This document shows positions 1 through 13,069 of a DNA stretch of 64,000 bases, in pieces. The position numbers and the translations under genes are program-made. Source of the DNA: Pocillopora damicornis (taxonomy: Eukaryota); the NCBI RefSeq assembly GCF_003704095.1, contig NW_020844494.1, positions 124,001 to 188,000 of the forward strand, written 5' to 3'. Under the pieces are notes generated by a model. That model searched no databases. It was not told the DNA's origin and was given only the letters and a program-made list of their open reading frames with translations. The first letter of the stretch is position 1; each line of letters opens with the position of its first letter.

Positions 1-1487
1 GCACAATATACACCAAAAATTGGGCAACCTAAATTAAAAACGTTGACAGCTATCAAGCAACATCTGGCTATTTCCAGAGGGTGACCACTGAAAAGGGTTT
101 TTAACAGCTGTGTTGTACATAATCAACCAAATTCAGTCACATCCCTTTCACCTATGGTTAAAACTACTCAGGCATCAAACTTTCAAACACAAGCTTTAAT
201 GACCACAACTTTGTATTTTAAAATCAATGCGATATTTTTTGCACACAAACTTACATTCACAGGCAGTCCATCACTACATTTTTAAAATTGTTTTCAGGAT
301 TGCAATCCACTCTTGAAACTATGGATTTTGCAAGATGTCAAACAGTTTTTAAAAATGTACCTAAACTTTCCTGTGTACTGAAAGATCACAGAACAGCTAA
401 GAGAATAGGGAAAAGAGTAGATGTGTCTATTTACAGGTTTTCTTTTTGGTTTGAAAAATCCCACCTTTGAAGAGAATTCTATTCACAAAGTCTCAAGTTT
501 TAAGTTCCAATGATCATATTCTTAAATATTAACATTACAGAAATGACCAGCTACCCTTGAATAAACAAAAGCAACTTGCTAATCAGAAGCTACACATTTA
601 TACAAGAATTCTGGAAAATAATATCTATATGTTGCCTAGAGTATTCTTTTGACAGCAATAACTATTCTACCTGATAAGTGTCTCACACCTTTGGACTTAA
701 CCATGCACATTTTAAGGTAGCAAAATATTAGAAGGAATGCCAGTGCAATGTTGATGTTGCACAATTCTTAAATTAAAATACAGTAGCGCATCAGTCAAAG
801 CAAACAATTCTCTACCACATTTCACGATGGAAAAATTAACCTCATCTTGCCTTATGCAAATATTTTGCAAAATCAGAGAATTTTCCAAAAATCCTGCACA
901 TTACATTCACAACTTTGAATTCTACACAGAAAGGTTCCTTAGACTAATGCAAAACCCCCAACTTCCACAAATACACAGTGTCCTTGGCCTTAACTATATA
1001 GAACTCTAACATACAGCTGTTATTCTTGAACCTTCTGCTATTTAGATGCGATTTGCAAATCTCCCTACGAATAATACATTTTCCTGTAAGCTTTAGACAA
1101 AAGAATCTGACATTTTGCTTAATAACACCCTCCAGATCACAAGTTTGTCTATTCCCATGGTCTGCTTGCTGGAATATGCATTGAAAACATAGGGAGAAGA
1201 GCAAGCTGGTTACTTCCAGACATTAGATGTGCTATGAAAAACTTCCTAAATTATCAGTTTACTATAAAAACACCATTTCACAAAATGTTTTATAAATTGT
1301 CAGGAAATCTTCTTGGAAGCAAATTAATAAAACTTCTCACATGAAAAATTTTGTGCAGGTAATTGAGGCAACTTTTACCATACATAATACACAAGAAACA
1401 AGTTCATAAGAGCTACACAAAAGTAATGTTTCAGATTAGCCACTAAATTTGTTACTGCTATGGCAGGAAAGAAATTCCACCCTTTCT

Positions 1488-3299
1488 CTATGTTTCTTTT
1501 TCCTTTTTTACAGTGTATTCAGTTCCAAGAATGGTCGCAATTTCTCCTTGCATGAATGCCCAAGGCAAATCACTGCCTTGTAATGGGCATCTCTCTCCAC
1601 TTGGACAGAAAACTTCTGAGCCAGCTCCTTGCTTCTTGATACTGTCACGTGAACAAGGGAAACAGAATTTATGGTGAGCAACAGATGGGCACTGCACAAA
1701 GTGGGTGTCTTCAAGCTTGTCACGACAAAGACTGCAAGTCAGAATATTCACTGTGGAGCTCCTTCCCTTCATGTCACCTTCTGCTGCATCTGGGCCTTTA
1801 GCTCCACCAGAGCTAGGTAAGGGTCTAGGTGATTGATGTGGGCGTGGTGACAACCGCTCACTGCCAGGTGAACCAGCCACAAGGGTATTTGGACCATTCC
1901 TTGAATCTTCACGTAGCACTGAGGTGGGTGGTAATTCAAATCGATTCATCATGGTGCCCATGGGAGATTTCACTTGTGTACGGGCATGTTCAGACACTGC
2001 CAGGCTTGGTGCACCCTTTGAGACTGCCAGTGACACCATCGGTGGAACTGAGGCAGATGGTATGGAACTGACTGGGGTCCCTGGGGGCAGTGGTGTCCCT
2101 GGTAAATGAACTGGTAGTTTGACACCATCAGCTGTTTGGTTTTGCACCCAAACACTATGTAAGGCATCATCCCGAGTCATGCGCCCATGCATGGCTCCAG
2201 CACGTTTTCCAGCTGCTACTTCAAATTCTTCTAAATCAATTGCACCTTTTCGCTTTCGCCCATACTGGGGGCCGGACCGGTTGAAGCTGAGATTCACATT
2301 GGGTAGAACTGGAAATTCTGCATCAAGCTGAGGTTTGGCGAGAAATTCGGGATTGACAGCTTCCTTGAACAATCGCACCGGTTCAGGAAGAAATTCTCCC
2401 AGTAAACGCCATTCTCCTTTGGAGCGATCTTTCTCGTACTCTAAATACTTGAACCCAGAGGAAAGTGGCTTTGCAATTTCCTTCAAAGATTCTGTGTACA
2501 TCTGCTTGGCGACTCCAGATGCGCTTTGAAAAACGCAACCAGAGCCTCGAGGGTACTCGATGAAGATTTTGAGTTCGTAGTCAACCCCAGGCTTACAGCT
2601 AAGGTCGAAAGCAAACACGCGACCGACATAACCATGATCTTTCTTGAATCTGATATCAAATGGACAAGACCTGTTCAGAGTGGTTAGTGTTTCCCGTATA
2701 AGTTCCAACCGTGGCCCATCGACGACAAAATTCTGCTGAGGTCCGTTTGGGGTCAAGGGGGGATGATGTCTTTGTAACGCATTTCCGTTTGGCAGCGAAT
2801 GCCTAGCGTCTTCCATGTTGAAACTAGACCCTCGTCTTTCCATTTCGCGAGAACCAATATTTCCTGGAGGTCGATTTGCTTTCGAGCCAGGTCCGTTGAC
2901 AGCTTCGCCACTCCCGTGCCCATGAGAATTTTCCATGCCTTCCTCGCCATGCCTGGTAGCATTCTGATGTTTCCCAACTCCTTTCCTTTGCTCTGAATAC
3001 TGCGCCGTATAGTTAGTACCGTTGGCGGGTGGCGGACTCGGAGTGGAAGATATAGATGAACCCGCTGAATTCAAGCGCTCAGTTTTCACTCCCCGATTTC
3101 TGTGCGCTAACTCGTTATTTTCCCATGTTCGTCTTAAAATTCTCGAATAATGTATCACATCCTCAATTCGATCAGGCCCCTCGTAATTACAACAACCACG
3201 ACAAACAGGTTCGCTGAAATCTTGTAGAATTGCCCACGGTGAGTGCGGAAGATCGCATAAGAAACAGTGTTGTCGATGAAAGCGGGGGTTAGTCGTCAT
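1488..3299 (-). CDS. IRF2BP: Interferon regulatory factor 2-binding protein (IRF2BP1/IRF2BP2/IRF2BPL family), single exon
   Basis: N-terminal C4 zinc finger RQHCFLCDLPHSPWAILQDFSEPVCRGCCNYEGPDRIEDVI, middle domain (RFKKDH...GRVFAFD...EYPRGSG) and C-terminal C3HC4 RING CSLCRDKLEDTHFVQCPSVAHHKFCFPCS...CPSGERCPLQGSDLPWAFMQGEIATIL are diagnostic. The first ATG is at 3299; the ORF track starts at a GTG at 3308. Confidence 0.96.
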   Translation of the reverse strand: MTTNPRFHRQHCFLCDLPHSPWAILQDFSEPVCRGCCNYEGPDRIEDVIHYSRILRRTWENNELAHRNRGVKTERLNSAGSSISSTPSPPPANGTNYTAQYSEQRKGVGKHQNATRHGEEGMENSHGHGSGEAVNGPGSKANRPPGNIGSREMERRGSSFNMEDARHSLPNGNALQRHHPPLTPNGPQQNFVVDGPRLELIRETLTTLNRSCPFDIRFKKDHGYVGRVFAFDLSCKPGVDYELKIFIEYPRGSGCVFQSASGVAKQMYTESLKEIAKPLSSGFKYLEYEKDRSKGEWRLLGEFLPEPVRLFKEAVNPEFLAKPQLDAEFPVLPNVNLSFNRSGPQYGRKRKGAIDLEEFEVAAGKRAGAMHGRMTRDDALHSVWVQNQTADGVKLPVHLPGTPLPPGTPVSSIPSASVPPMVSLAVSKGAPSLAVSEHARTQVKSPMGTMMNRFELPPTSVLREDSRNGPNTLVAGSPGSERLSPRPHQSPRPLPSSGGAKGPDAAEGDMKGRSSTVNILTCSLCRDKLEDTHFVQCPSVAHHKFCFPCSRDSIKKQGAGSEVFCPSGERCPLQGSDLPWAFMQGEIATILGTEYTVKKEKET

Positions 3300-3787
3300 T
3301 TCGCGCACAACTGTTCACCAGAATCAAAATTTACGGTCGTTTTCCGCGAACACTCTTCAGTAGTAAACGAAACTACAGTCCTCTACCCAACAAACGTGAA
3401 ATTTCCTGTCAGGTTTATCCAGTTCCTTCTTCCATCACGAGCGCTACCGAGAAATATGAAGATGACAGTCTGCCTTCACGATGTTGCAATTGAAACGTTA
3501 TCCACGGCACGTGTGTTGGTTAAAAAAAAATCCTCGCCGTAAATCTACTAAATCGAAGAGGATTCCTTCTCGCAAAATTCCCTACAGAATGACCCAGAAC
3601 TCTTCTAGGCGAAACGAAGAAACGAGTTGAAACAATTGCCATCAAATAAATATGTGACGCGAAATTCGATCACCCCCCGAGCTCTCTAAAGTCTAAATTT
3701 AGGTTCGTTGTGAAATTAACATATCAGTGACCGAGCCGCGCACTAAGGTAATACGTCAAAACAATGAGTGAACTCACACACTTCCTG

Positions 3788-3795
3788 TGACGTCA
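3788..3795. promoter_or_regulatory. Palindromic CRE/ATF site TGACGTCA upstream of IRF2BP (second copy at 6251-6258)
   Basis: Exact TGACGTCA about 490 bp upstream of the ATG, in CpG-rich sequence. Function is untested. Confidence 0.4.
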
Positions 3796-6700
3796 CTGCA
3801 GTCATGATGGACTAAATTCACAGGGCGTGTCGTGTCAGAGACGGATAAATTACGAAATACTTCGACACCAGAACTAATCCCGCGGGAGTAAAAAAATCGG
3901 AAAAGTTTATTTACTGTACAGACACGATCTCGAAATCGAATTATACACGAATTTTCAGCCCAAACAACTGCTCAATTTAGGTTCTAAAACGCCGACAACA
4001 AATTGAATATTCAATTTTTTTTGTCTGCGTAGCATGTGATCACCTGACCTACAGCTCATTTCCGCCGTGACTTGACAACGAATTTGAGAAGAAAAATATC
4101 TGTCCTAGCAGAGGAAAGACAATTAGCTCCTGGAAAAGGAAATTTTACGTTACGAAAATAAAATCCAGTGAGAGAGTGTCATGCGAAGTGTTATAAGCAA
4201 CACAGGAATAAGACAAGGGAAGTGTTGTTTCAGCGTGTTCCGCGAAACAAAAAAGCACTTACGCATGTAAATTATGTATAGAATTCAATTGGATGACGTA
4301 AGTATTTCCACGGCTACCAACCCCAGGCAAGAGAGAAACGATTACAAAAAAACCACAAGCTCTTGGCTTAGTTTACATAAGCATTCTTTCCGGAAAATGA
4401 AAGGTCGTTATTATGCGCACCTTTGTATGGTTGAGCGCTTTGACGCCGGATACAATAAATTGCATTTGAAACAAATCCTGTTTAGCAATGAATAATTCTT
4501 TTGTCAGTGATGGCGTCACTTGATCTCTTGACAGAGATTGAGCAATATTGACTGTCATAAGGAAAGAATTTGAATCATCTATGGCGTGTTTACACTTTAT
4601 TCTAGGTAATTTGAACATGCAAATTCAGATCAAATTCCCTTGAGGAAGCGTTTCGGACCAGACGGCATTACACACGAGTTTCGTGTTATAGCGCCGAAGT
4701 GGATTTTCGTTACGGTTCTTTTTTCCACCGCATCAAATACGCAATATTTCTCATTCAGAGTTTATTATAAAAGGCGTCCTAGTCGACAGTGTATTACACA
4801 ACAGGTCATCGGCAATATTTATAGTTCATCTTTGTTTCAACTGAACCCACAAATGAATGAGCAAAGAGCAGAAATGAGCATGCGCAAAGAAAGGAATGTC
4901 AAATCGTGCCACGTTACGGTCTTTGTAAAGTAAAAATAATCGTATTCACGAAAAAAAAAACCTTCCGAGATTCCGGTTTTCGAAAATTAGAGATCTGTAA
5001 CAACAAGGAAGCAATCAAGTTTTCTAATTTACTTTTGACAGTCAGTATTTAGGAAGACGGAATTTCACGGGAAAAGGAAAGAAAATTTCTCCCTAAGGAC
5101 TGTGAATATGTAAGTCTATACAGAGCTTCTAATGTTACGCTCGACAACGCGCGAACACGATACTATGAAAGATAATATCTGGCTGACAAAACGAAAGATA
5201 GTTTTGTGCCCGTGTTTCCCACGAGAGCGGACATTGAACTTCCGATTTACCGAGAAGTCGTCACGCAAAACTGGCCCTAAGTGCCGACAGACGAAAGTTG
5301 GCAAATAAGCCATTGTTCTGGAAATATAATATGTTGTTCAAAGTAAACCTCATGCAAGTGCAGTAATGACCCTTTCGAGGCAGGCCAATCTTTCGGAAAC
5401 AAAACAGGAATTCTGCCCTCAAAAATCTATCATGTGGTTTAGATGCAAACCTGAACTTAACTTAAATATGGAAACCACATGACGATCAAGGATTTTTGGT
5501 AATAATAGTTTTTTTTTATAAACATCATGCGATCAGACAAACGCGCGCGCACATGACGGAGTAATTTAATCATTTTGATTCCAACGCAAAGCTTTTACCC
5601 TTGACCCAAGGAATACAAGATAAATATTACATTCCGGAATTTTTCGACCAAAAAAATGTCAGGCGTTTTATTATTTTGGATACCGAGTGGACGTGGTTTC
5701 ATTTTACTCCATAAGTGAGTTGAGCACATAGATCTCGCTGAATGTACAAATGTATTGGCCCAAGACTGGAATGTCACATGTCTGTAAGGGTGCAATGTAC
5801 GATCAACGCATGTGTCTTACAACACATGAGGAACATCTGCAGAAAAAACTTCCTGAGGTTTCTATAGTGTGACCAACACCCTGTTGTGTTGAGTAGCTAA
5901 TCCGCTGTTCGGGGAAATGAGCCCGCGTGGACCGCACTCAAGAGGGCAGCAGAAGTCAAGCTCAGTAGACCCACAGAAAAAAAAAAACTAAACCTATAAA
6001 TTTTTCTGTAGAGTCGTTGGCGACTATCCTCACTCCTCAGCTACTAATTACCTCTTTGAGGCGTCTAAATAACAAAATGTTCAAAATCAATTTTCCGCGT
6101 ATCGAGGTAACTTTTTCAATAGAGATTAATAGCCGTTGCTTTAAGCCGATTTTACACTAAAATTAAAACCTGTTCGTAATCTGTGAGAGCCCGTAGGATA
6201 GGTGAGAAAATAGGTAAAATCAGAGTTATTATTGGCCTATGACGCTCCCCTGACGTCATGATTTAACCCTATCAAGTTGTTTCATTAAAATTCATAAATA
6301 AGCGTTACTCGGGGACTTCGAGGTTCGGTTTCTTACCGCACCGGAAATAAAGTGGCTCGACCAAACTAAGGCTACTGAATCTACAAACCGCCAACGCAAA
6401 TAAAAATATGTATTCACAAGGATTTAAGAATTTAAGGATTCAGGAAGTGATAAATTCGACCTGCTAAAACGAACTCTTTTTCCTTCTTCAAAGGAAACTC
6501 TGACAGCTTTACTTCTCTTGACGTTGGATTAAATCTGCATCTTGGCAACGGTTCAGTTCGTTTGACAGTGATTGGCTTGAAATTCAAAGACGCACTTCGA
6601 AAACGATGAAAAAAATAACTTAACGAATTGATTATCTTCCCCAGATAAACCAAAATTAATAGGCACGATTTCAGAAACGAGGAACAAAACTAAACCAATA

Positions 6701-8537
6701 AAAAAGTCTAACGAATCCTCATTGAAAAACCAAAAAGAACGACCATGTGTTTGGTGGTTGTTTCGAGATGAGATGATACAAAATGATGACTTCACATTTA
6801 AGCGTATTTCCTCGAATTAATAGAAATTGATTTCACTTCCATGAAAACAGGAAAATTATGGAAAAAAGTGGAATCATTATTTTGTTTTAAGTTGACGGTT
6901 CAGTGACTTTGGAACCGCTAGAGGAATGTTCTAAGCTCTAATTAGAGTAATAATCGCAGTAATCGCATTTCACTAAGATAAAAATTTTACATTATCGTTT
7001 CGAACCAGCTTCAACAAAGAACTTCCTTCTGTATAAGCAATGAGAGGCTTAATCCAGGTGCGGTTTTTGAAGGAAAGTCAAGAACATGAGTTCTTTTTTT
7101 TGGTCTGGGTCGACACATCTAGCGTTATGGAATCATGACAGTGAGCAAGCGAAAAAATTTGGTCGCTCGTTGGCGACCGGAAGAACAAAACAAACCAGTA
7201 TACAGCTATACTTTGGATACTGATACGTGGTTGAGCGCACGACCAACAGAAACACGGAAAAATGCTAGAAGTATTGGCTGGCAATAGCAAGGATGACATA
7301 ATAAACGCTAAAAACAAAAGCCGTGAACCTGTTTTAGCTATGATGACAAACTTCCGCGAGGCCAAGTGAACACGTTTTTTTATGATGAATCAGGAAGCAT
7401 TCAAACTGAAATGTTTGTGCGTGGTTTAGAGTGAGCACGAACATGAATTTTTTTTTTCCGACGTGATTATTAGCTGGCACTCCTTTCAGCGATAGGGGAA
7501 AAGGTTACTTCAAGAAGGCGAAATATAACGGAAGTGAATATGGAAGCCCACTCGAATTAAATGGACGCACTCTCCGTAACCTCCACATAACAATGAAAAA
7601 ATATTTATAAGGACGCCCCGACGGCGACGCAAAAGGAAATGTTGTTTAAAAAATAAATTCACATTTGCCCTCAGAGTTAAGCGCATGACTAGACATCTTA
7701 ACCGACGGCGCCAAACTTCTTCTTTCAGGACAGCGTTCAGTTCGAAATCGAGGCAAAAATAGTCTGCCATCGCGGTTTCCGTTTTCAGACCATTAAAACT
7801 TTGGCATTTTCTCGCTGTTTGTTTGCCAAAGGATGGCGAGAAAATGCACAAAGTTTAAAACGCAAATGCAGAGCTGTTTTTCTGCCATTAAAATCTTTTC
7901 GCATTGCTATCGTCTCGTTTTCTATTGTGCTTCTCTACAAGTCGTGGTTGCCACTCGCTTTCGCGAAAATGGGAATTCACTCATCTAGCTACCTTTTTAA
8001 TTAATTCCGTCAAAAATAAAACCCACGTGCACAGAAAATTTCCTCATTCCATTATAATACAAAGGAGATACTTAACTGAATCTATTTCATTCTGTAAATT
8101 TGCAGACAGAGCCCTAAATCGCACCTTTACATGGATGCATGCGTAAAACTAAAAACACTGTTAAAAGGAAACTTCAAGGAAGGCGCTTTCGGAGACGAAC
8201 AATCTTAAGTAAGAGACAATCTCCTAATGTACACCTTTCTACATCATTTCTATCAAGTCTAGAAAGACTGAAAGAACAATGCGGTTCCCTTAAAACCGAT
8301 CCGCATATTTAAACTTGTCAAAATTCTCAGTTGGAATAGTATCTACCTGGCAGGCAGTGTGCGACTTTCCTTTCCAGGAACCTCAACTCTATACACCCCG
8401 TCATGAAAAGCGAGTTCGCTTAAAAGTCCTCTGCCTGGAAATAAAGGAAATAGCCATTAAAATACGGTTAATTTTTAGTAGTCGAGGGAAAAAAATTGGT
8501 ATTTTAGCTCAAATTTGTTGAGAGTAATTAATTCTCT

Positions 8538-8637
8538 NNNNNNNNNNNNNNNNNNNNNNNNNNNNNNNNNNNNNNNNNNNNNNNNNNNNNNNNNNNNNNN
8601 NNNNNNNNNNNNNNNNNNNNNNNNNNNNNNNNNNNNN
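8538..8637. other. Assembly gap (others: 32488-32587, 41817-41916, 43553-43652, 43984-44365, 47546-47645, 48551-48569, 51387-51486)
   Basis: Runs of N. The exactly 100-N gaps are likely of unknown true size. Confidence 0.99.
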
Positions 8638-8846
8638 CTAATTAGGAGAGCAGAAGTAAAAGGGCAGGGACCTCCAGTCAGGGCAAAGAGCTGCTAGAAG
8701 GGTTAGTGATTCTTCAAGTTCTTTAAGCAAAACCTTTGTCTTTTATTTAACAAAGAAAATGTCCTGGGTATTCTTGGCCCCTGAAAAGTTTTTAAAACTT
8801 TTTTAAAACAGAGAAGCAAACATCATCACACAAAATGAAATCTTAC

Positions 8847-11800
8847 CAAAGGCTGGAGTCGAGGAATGCCCTCTGGGCTGATTTGAAGGTTCAGCGGTAG
8901 TGTGAGGGTGATAATGATAGTGACCAGCTACAGAGTGTGGTGGTTGGGTAAATTCATCCTGCCTTGCTATCCCAGATACACCGCAGTAAGAAGATGCAAC
9001 ATGAGCTGGATGGTGAGCAGCCACAGTGGCCGTACAACTCACAGGTAGCATCCCACTGTCCATACTACTGGATGGTAGCACTGCTGCTGTTGCTTGTTGC
9101 ATGCCAGTTGGATAGGAGGCTGGTGCTGACTGAATGGATAAAGAATAGATTCATTGGCTTGCAGTTTTCTGGTAATAATAATCACAAGATTTCTCCGGAG
9201 AAAGTTCCACCTGGTTGCAATGTTCCACAGAAAGTTCCAAAATTGTATCAAGCAAGTGATTGTGATTGCAAGTCAGCCAAGAAGCTCATCCCATTACTGT
9301 AAGATATATCATCTACACTGTATGCTACTACTGGCTCCTTTGCTCTTAAACTTAAGCAGGCATGGAGAAGTGGGAAAAAAACTGATAGGAGAATAGTGCT
9401 TATAGAGGTAGTCTATTTGTCTTCTTTCACCTCCTTTGCACTTTTAACTTACCCTATCCCTTTTTAGTTACACATACTGGGCAAGCCTTGCTGAAAGCTC
9501 AGAATTGTGTCTCTGTTCAAAATCCAACCGTTCTGGAACTCTGTAAACTTACACATCATTGTACACAATAGCAGAAAACCTCAATTCTAAACTTTACATA
9601 CTTGAGTCTCCAACATCTTGGCTTGCAGATCTTCAAGCCTCTTCAGTCGTTCTTCAAGCTGTTGTTGTAGTTTCTGTTCCTTTTCCTTGTCCTGTAGCTC
9701 CTGTTGTCTGTTGTGATTCTGTTGTAGAACTTGTAAGTTGTTTACAAGAGCAGAAATCTGAGCTTCCAAGGTATGCTGCAACTAAGAACAGAGAGATAAA
9801 ATGCTAAATGATACTGCTGTGCCAAAGTAAATCTTCTAATTTAGTTCTACAAATCAATAATGAGACATTTATTAAATACAAACCGTAACTAATCACCTGT
9901 AGGAAAGGTCCAGTTGCTGCTGATGCAGCAGCAGCAGCAATTGCGGCTGCAGTAGCTACAGGATTTTCACTACTCACTGCACCTTGTGGGTTACTTGTCT
10001 CTCCAGCCTGGGACACCACAGTAGGTTGAACCAGTTTCTTTACTGGCCTTCTTTCATCTTTTCTATTGAAGTGCAAGTACACACAGGATAAAATAAGAGG
10101 TGAATTTAAAAATAAGTTACTGAAATGCCCTTCTTCCAACTTCAAGACAGCAAAAGACAGCATGTCTATTCCTTACAAATTTGACTTTTCATCAGGGTGA
10201 TAAATTAGGTGATATGTTTTAACCAGCATCCACTAAATGCAATATTTTGGTCTCATTGTCTAGTTAAGATTGACAGGGTCCAGCATAATAGGCACCACTT
10301 TGGGCAGGCGCAAAAAAACTTTGGAGATCTGTTGGGTTGTATTCAATGTCCTCCCCAAAGAATAGCTTTCTTTAAAGTATTTTATTCACAAATCAACCAC
10401 TGTTTAATTTGTCATGCAGTAAATGACTGTTTAAATTTAAAATAATACAGTACATCCCCATTGCAATCTATACATAAAGTTCACAGACCAGCCATTGCAT
10501 CAATAAAAAACTCTTCAAAAAAACTTAGGTTGGGAAACATCTGTTCAAACCTCTTCAAGAACTGTTCTTTTAAAGACTTTTCTTTGTCATTCAAAACAAA
10601 TCGTTTGATCTTGACATCACCTGGAAGGAAAATTCCAAACCAAAATTGTACGAGTAAATATGAATAAATTAAAGGAAGAACAACAACAGTAAAAGTGTAT
10701 TGTTAAATGGCTCTTGAAAGGAAATATATGATACCTACAATCTTTATATTTCCAAACTCACTTGCATTTTCTTTTGCAGGGTTGAAAATTGGGACTCCAC
10801 TCTTTGGCTGTCCTTGGTACAAGCCTTTGGTGGGAATGCTCTTCAATTCAAATGATAAATATCAATAATCAGTGTTCAGGATAAAGTGTTATGAAAGCAC
10901 AACAAGTAAGCTGTTATGCAGTGTTCTCCTTTTCAGGCAGTAACCGGTAACATTTACCACCTGTAATACCTCTTATTACCATTTAAAATTGCTTGGAATT
11001 CTTGAAAATTCAACAATTAAAAGGATTGCTTTACCAGTTTGAAAATTTGTGTTACCTGTCATACTTAAAATAAGGGAGAACACTGTTATGAGTACATTAG
11101 TTGGTACAATGCCTGCTTTTTAGTATAGCAGCAGGTTATTTTCTTTTTTATTTTATATTTGCAGGCAAAATTGATCTGAAAAGGGTTATTTTGCTTGAAC
11201 AAACTGTAATGCACCTTGCTTTAAACCAAGGTACCTTTGCGTGCAGTCTTGGCAAGTTTTTGTCATGCCAGTATGATGATGTGGCCTATGCCATTGTTGT
11301 GAGGTCACTTTAAGAGACCAATATGCTGCTATTGTGATTGCCATAACGTTTTAAAAGCAAGCTTCATCAAAATGTACCACTAGCAGACACAGAACCCTGG
11401 TCACATAATTTTCAAAGGTAATTTTGATTGTACCTCAAAGTTATTACCTTTCTTCCTTCATATGCTTTCTCTGCATGAGCTTCATCCTCAAGATGTCGCA
11501 CTGTGACTTGAGGTGCTTGTTCTGTGATCAGAGTTCCATCTTTAGTTCGACAAGAATCCACTCCATTCACATTACTATTTACAGAATGTTCTCTAATGAC
11601 AGGATCTGAAGGAATGTGACTGGAAGGATGATCAGCTGAGTTTAACTCAACCCAGGCTGATGGACCATTTACATGTCTGACAACTTTTACAGGAGATGGT
11701 CTTGTAACAACATGCTCATCAACTGAATGTAAATAAGAGAGCACCATATAATTAAGACCTTGGCAACAACTCCACTTTCAAATTGTCTAAGCCAGAAGAA

Positions 11801-12706
11801 ATGAAAAGTATTCTTTATATACAAGTTTGACCTGCACCATCTAAAGTAATATCTAAAACAGGTGAGGGGGACACTCACTCATGACAAGTGGCCCAAGGGG
11901 TGTCAGAGTGTATCCCAGTTTCAACAGCACAAAGCCACTTACAGCATTGCTTTTCCTCTTGGGTGGGGTGCCAGTCCATTGTAAGCTACCCCCCTAACAA
12001 TTCCCTTGTACCCCTTTGCACTCCTAAGCGAAGAGAAGTATTGTGGGAGATATTAGAGTATCATCCAAGAACACAATACACTGACCTGGTAAGGTCTTGA
12101 ACTCAGAATTAAAATTGGGGATTCTAGTGCACCTAACGTTTGGTGGATGACAAAACCCTGGAATACCTTCAACAGGATCATATGTTGTGGAATCCACTCA
12201 AGCATTAATTTACTGCTGACAATTTGCTACATCATCTGAAATGTTGCTCAGTTCTTAAATCCAAAGTGGCACTACCCACACATTTATGTCCAATACACAA
12301 CCATACCTATGTCCATTTCCTGTAAGGTTTGTCTGGAATTGCCCGACGAAGAACTCCTTTCCATTGGAGACTTAATTTCACGGAGTAATTTTGAAGGCAC
12401 TCTCACTCTCTGAGTTCCATTGAAAGTCAGATCAAGAAGTGAAGATGAAGACTGGTCTTGTAACTCCCCACTAACAGAGTCAACAGCTCTGTCATTCGTT
12501 GCGGAATTAGCCCTAGTAACAGGCGGATTCATGGCTGAAACAGGTTGAGTTGCATCTTGTACATGTCGTTTGCGTGGAGGTGTGTAAGTCCCCTGTGGCA
12601 ATCCTCCTATTGTTTTAGCTTTTTTGTCCTTGTGGAAGTCTTGAACGCTCGACAACGCATTTACAGCAGCGCCTGTCAGTGAGAGTATCTGTCTCGAATG
12701 CTCCAT
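8847..12706 (-). CDS. KIAA0586: TALPID3 / KIAA0586 homolog, 5' seven coding exons (~484 aa); 3' part lost in gap 8538-8637
   Basis: Phase-consistent GT-AG exons 12706-12307, 11722-11448, 10840-10762, 10620-10551, 10062-9897, 9781-9602, 9129-8847. The peptide DVKIKRFVLNDKEKSLKEQFLKR...VATAAAIAAAAASAATGPFLQLQHTLEAQISALVNNLQVLQ plus coiled coil resembles my recollection of the vertebrate TALPID3 block ([25 protein letters not shown]). Nearby TIMM9 supports the call. Confidence 0.78.
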
Positions 12707-13069
12707 TTTACAGAAAATCATAAACAAACTCGTCTTTCCGTTGCATACTCCTCAGACTTGTCAATAGTTCACAGCTAAAGTGAGACATCAATAAAATTTT
12801 CCTTCCTCTCTTCCATCCTCCAAATTATAAATTAAATCATTCATGAGAAATAGGTATTTTCCCAAGGTGATCACCTCCCGAAATGTTGTAAAATACCTCC
12901 TTTCACACCGAATGAGTAGACTTCAAATCCCCGCCATTTTTAAATTTGCAAAGATCTAGTGCCAGCGCTAAAAAATTCCTAGCACAGCGGTCTAGTAAAA
13001 ATAAGGAGCGGCTGCTAAGGTTATAGTTGCGTCGTCAGCAATTTGTAAACAATCTTACCTCAATCGAAC
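12707..13069. promoter_or_regulatory. Bidirectional promoter between TALPID3 (-) and UVSSA (+)
   Basis: The start codons are about 363 bp apart, head-to-head. A YY1-like CCGCCATTTT lies at 12931-12940 and CpGs are locally retained. Confidence 0.65.

Noticed and set aside
3267-8521. Many 60-113 aa ORFs upstream of IRF2BP
   Set aside because: No recognisable motifs, mostly non-ATG starts, and no phase-consistent exon chain was found.
9160-9360. Possible additional TALPID3 exon
   Set aside because: The frames I checked contain stops, and the flanking exons already join in phase 0.
13011-13042. X-box-like motifs in the TALPID3/UVSSA promoter
   Set aside because: Too many mismatches and incorrect spacing to support a call.
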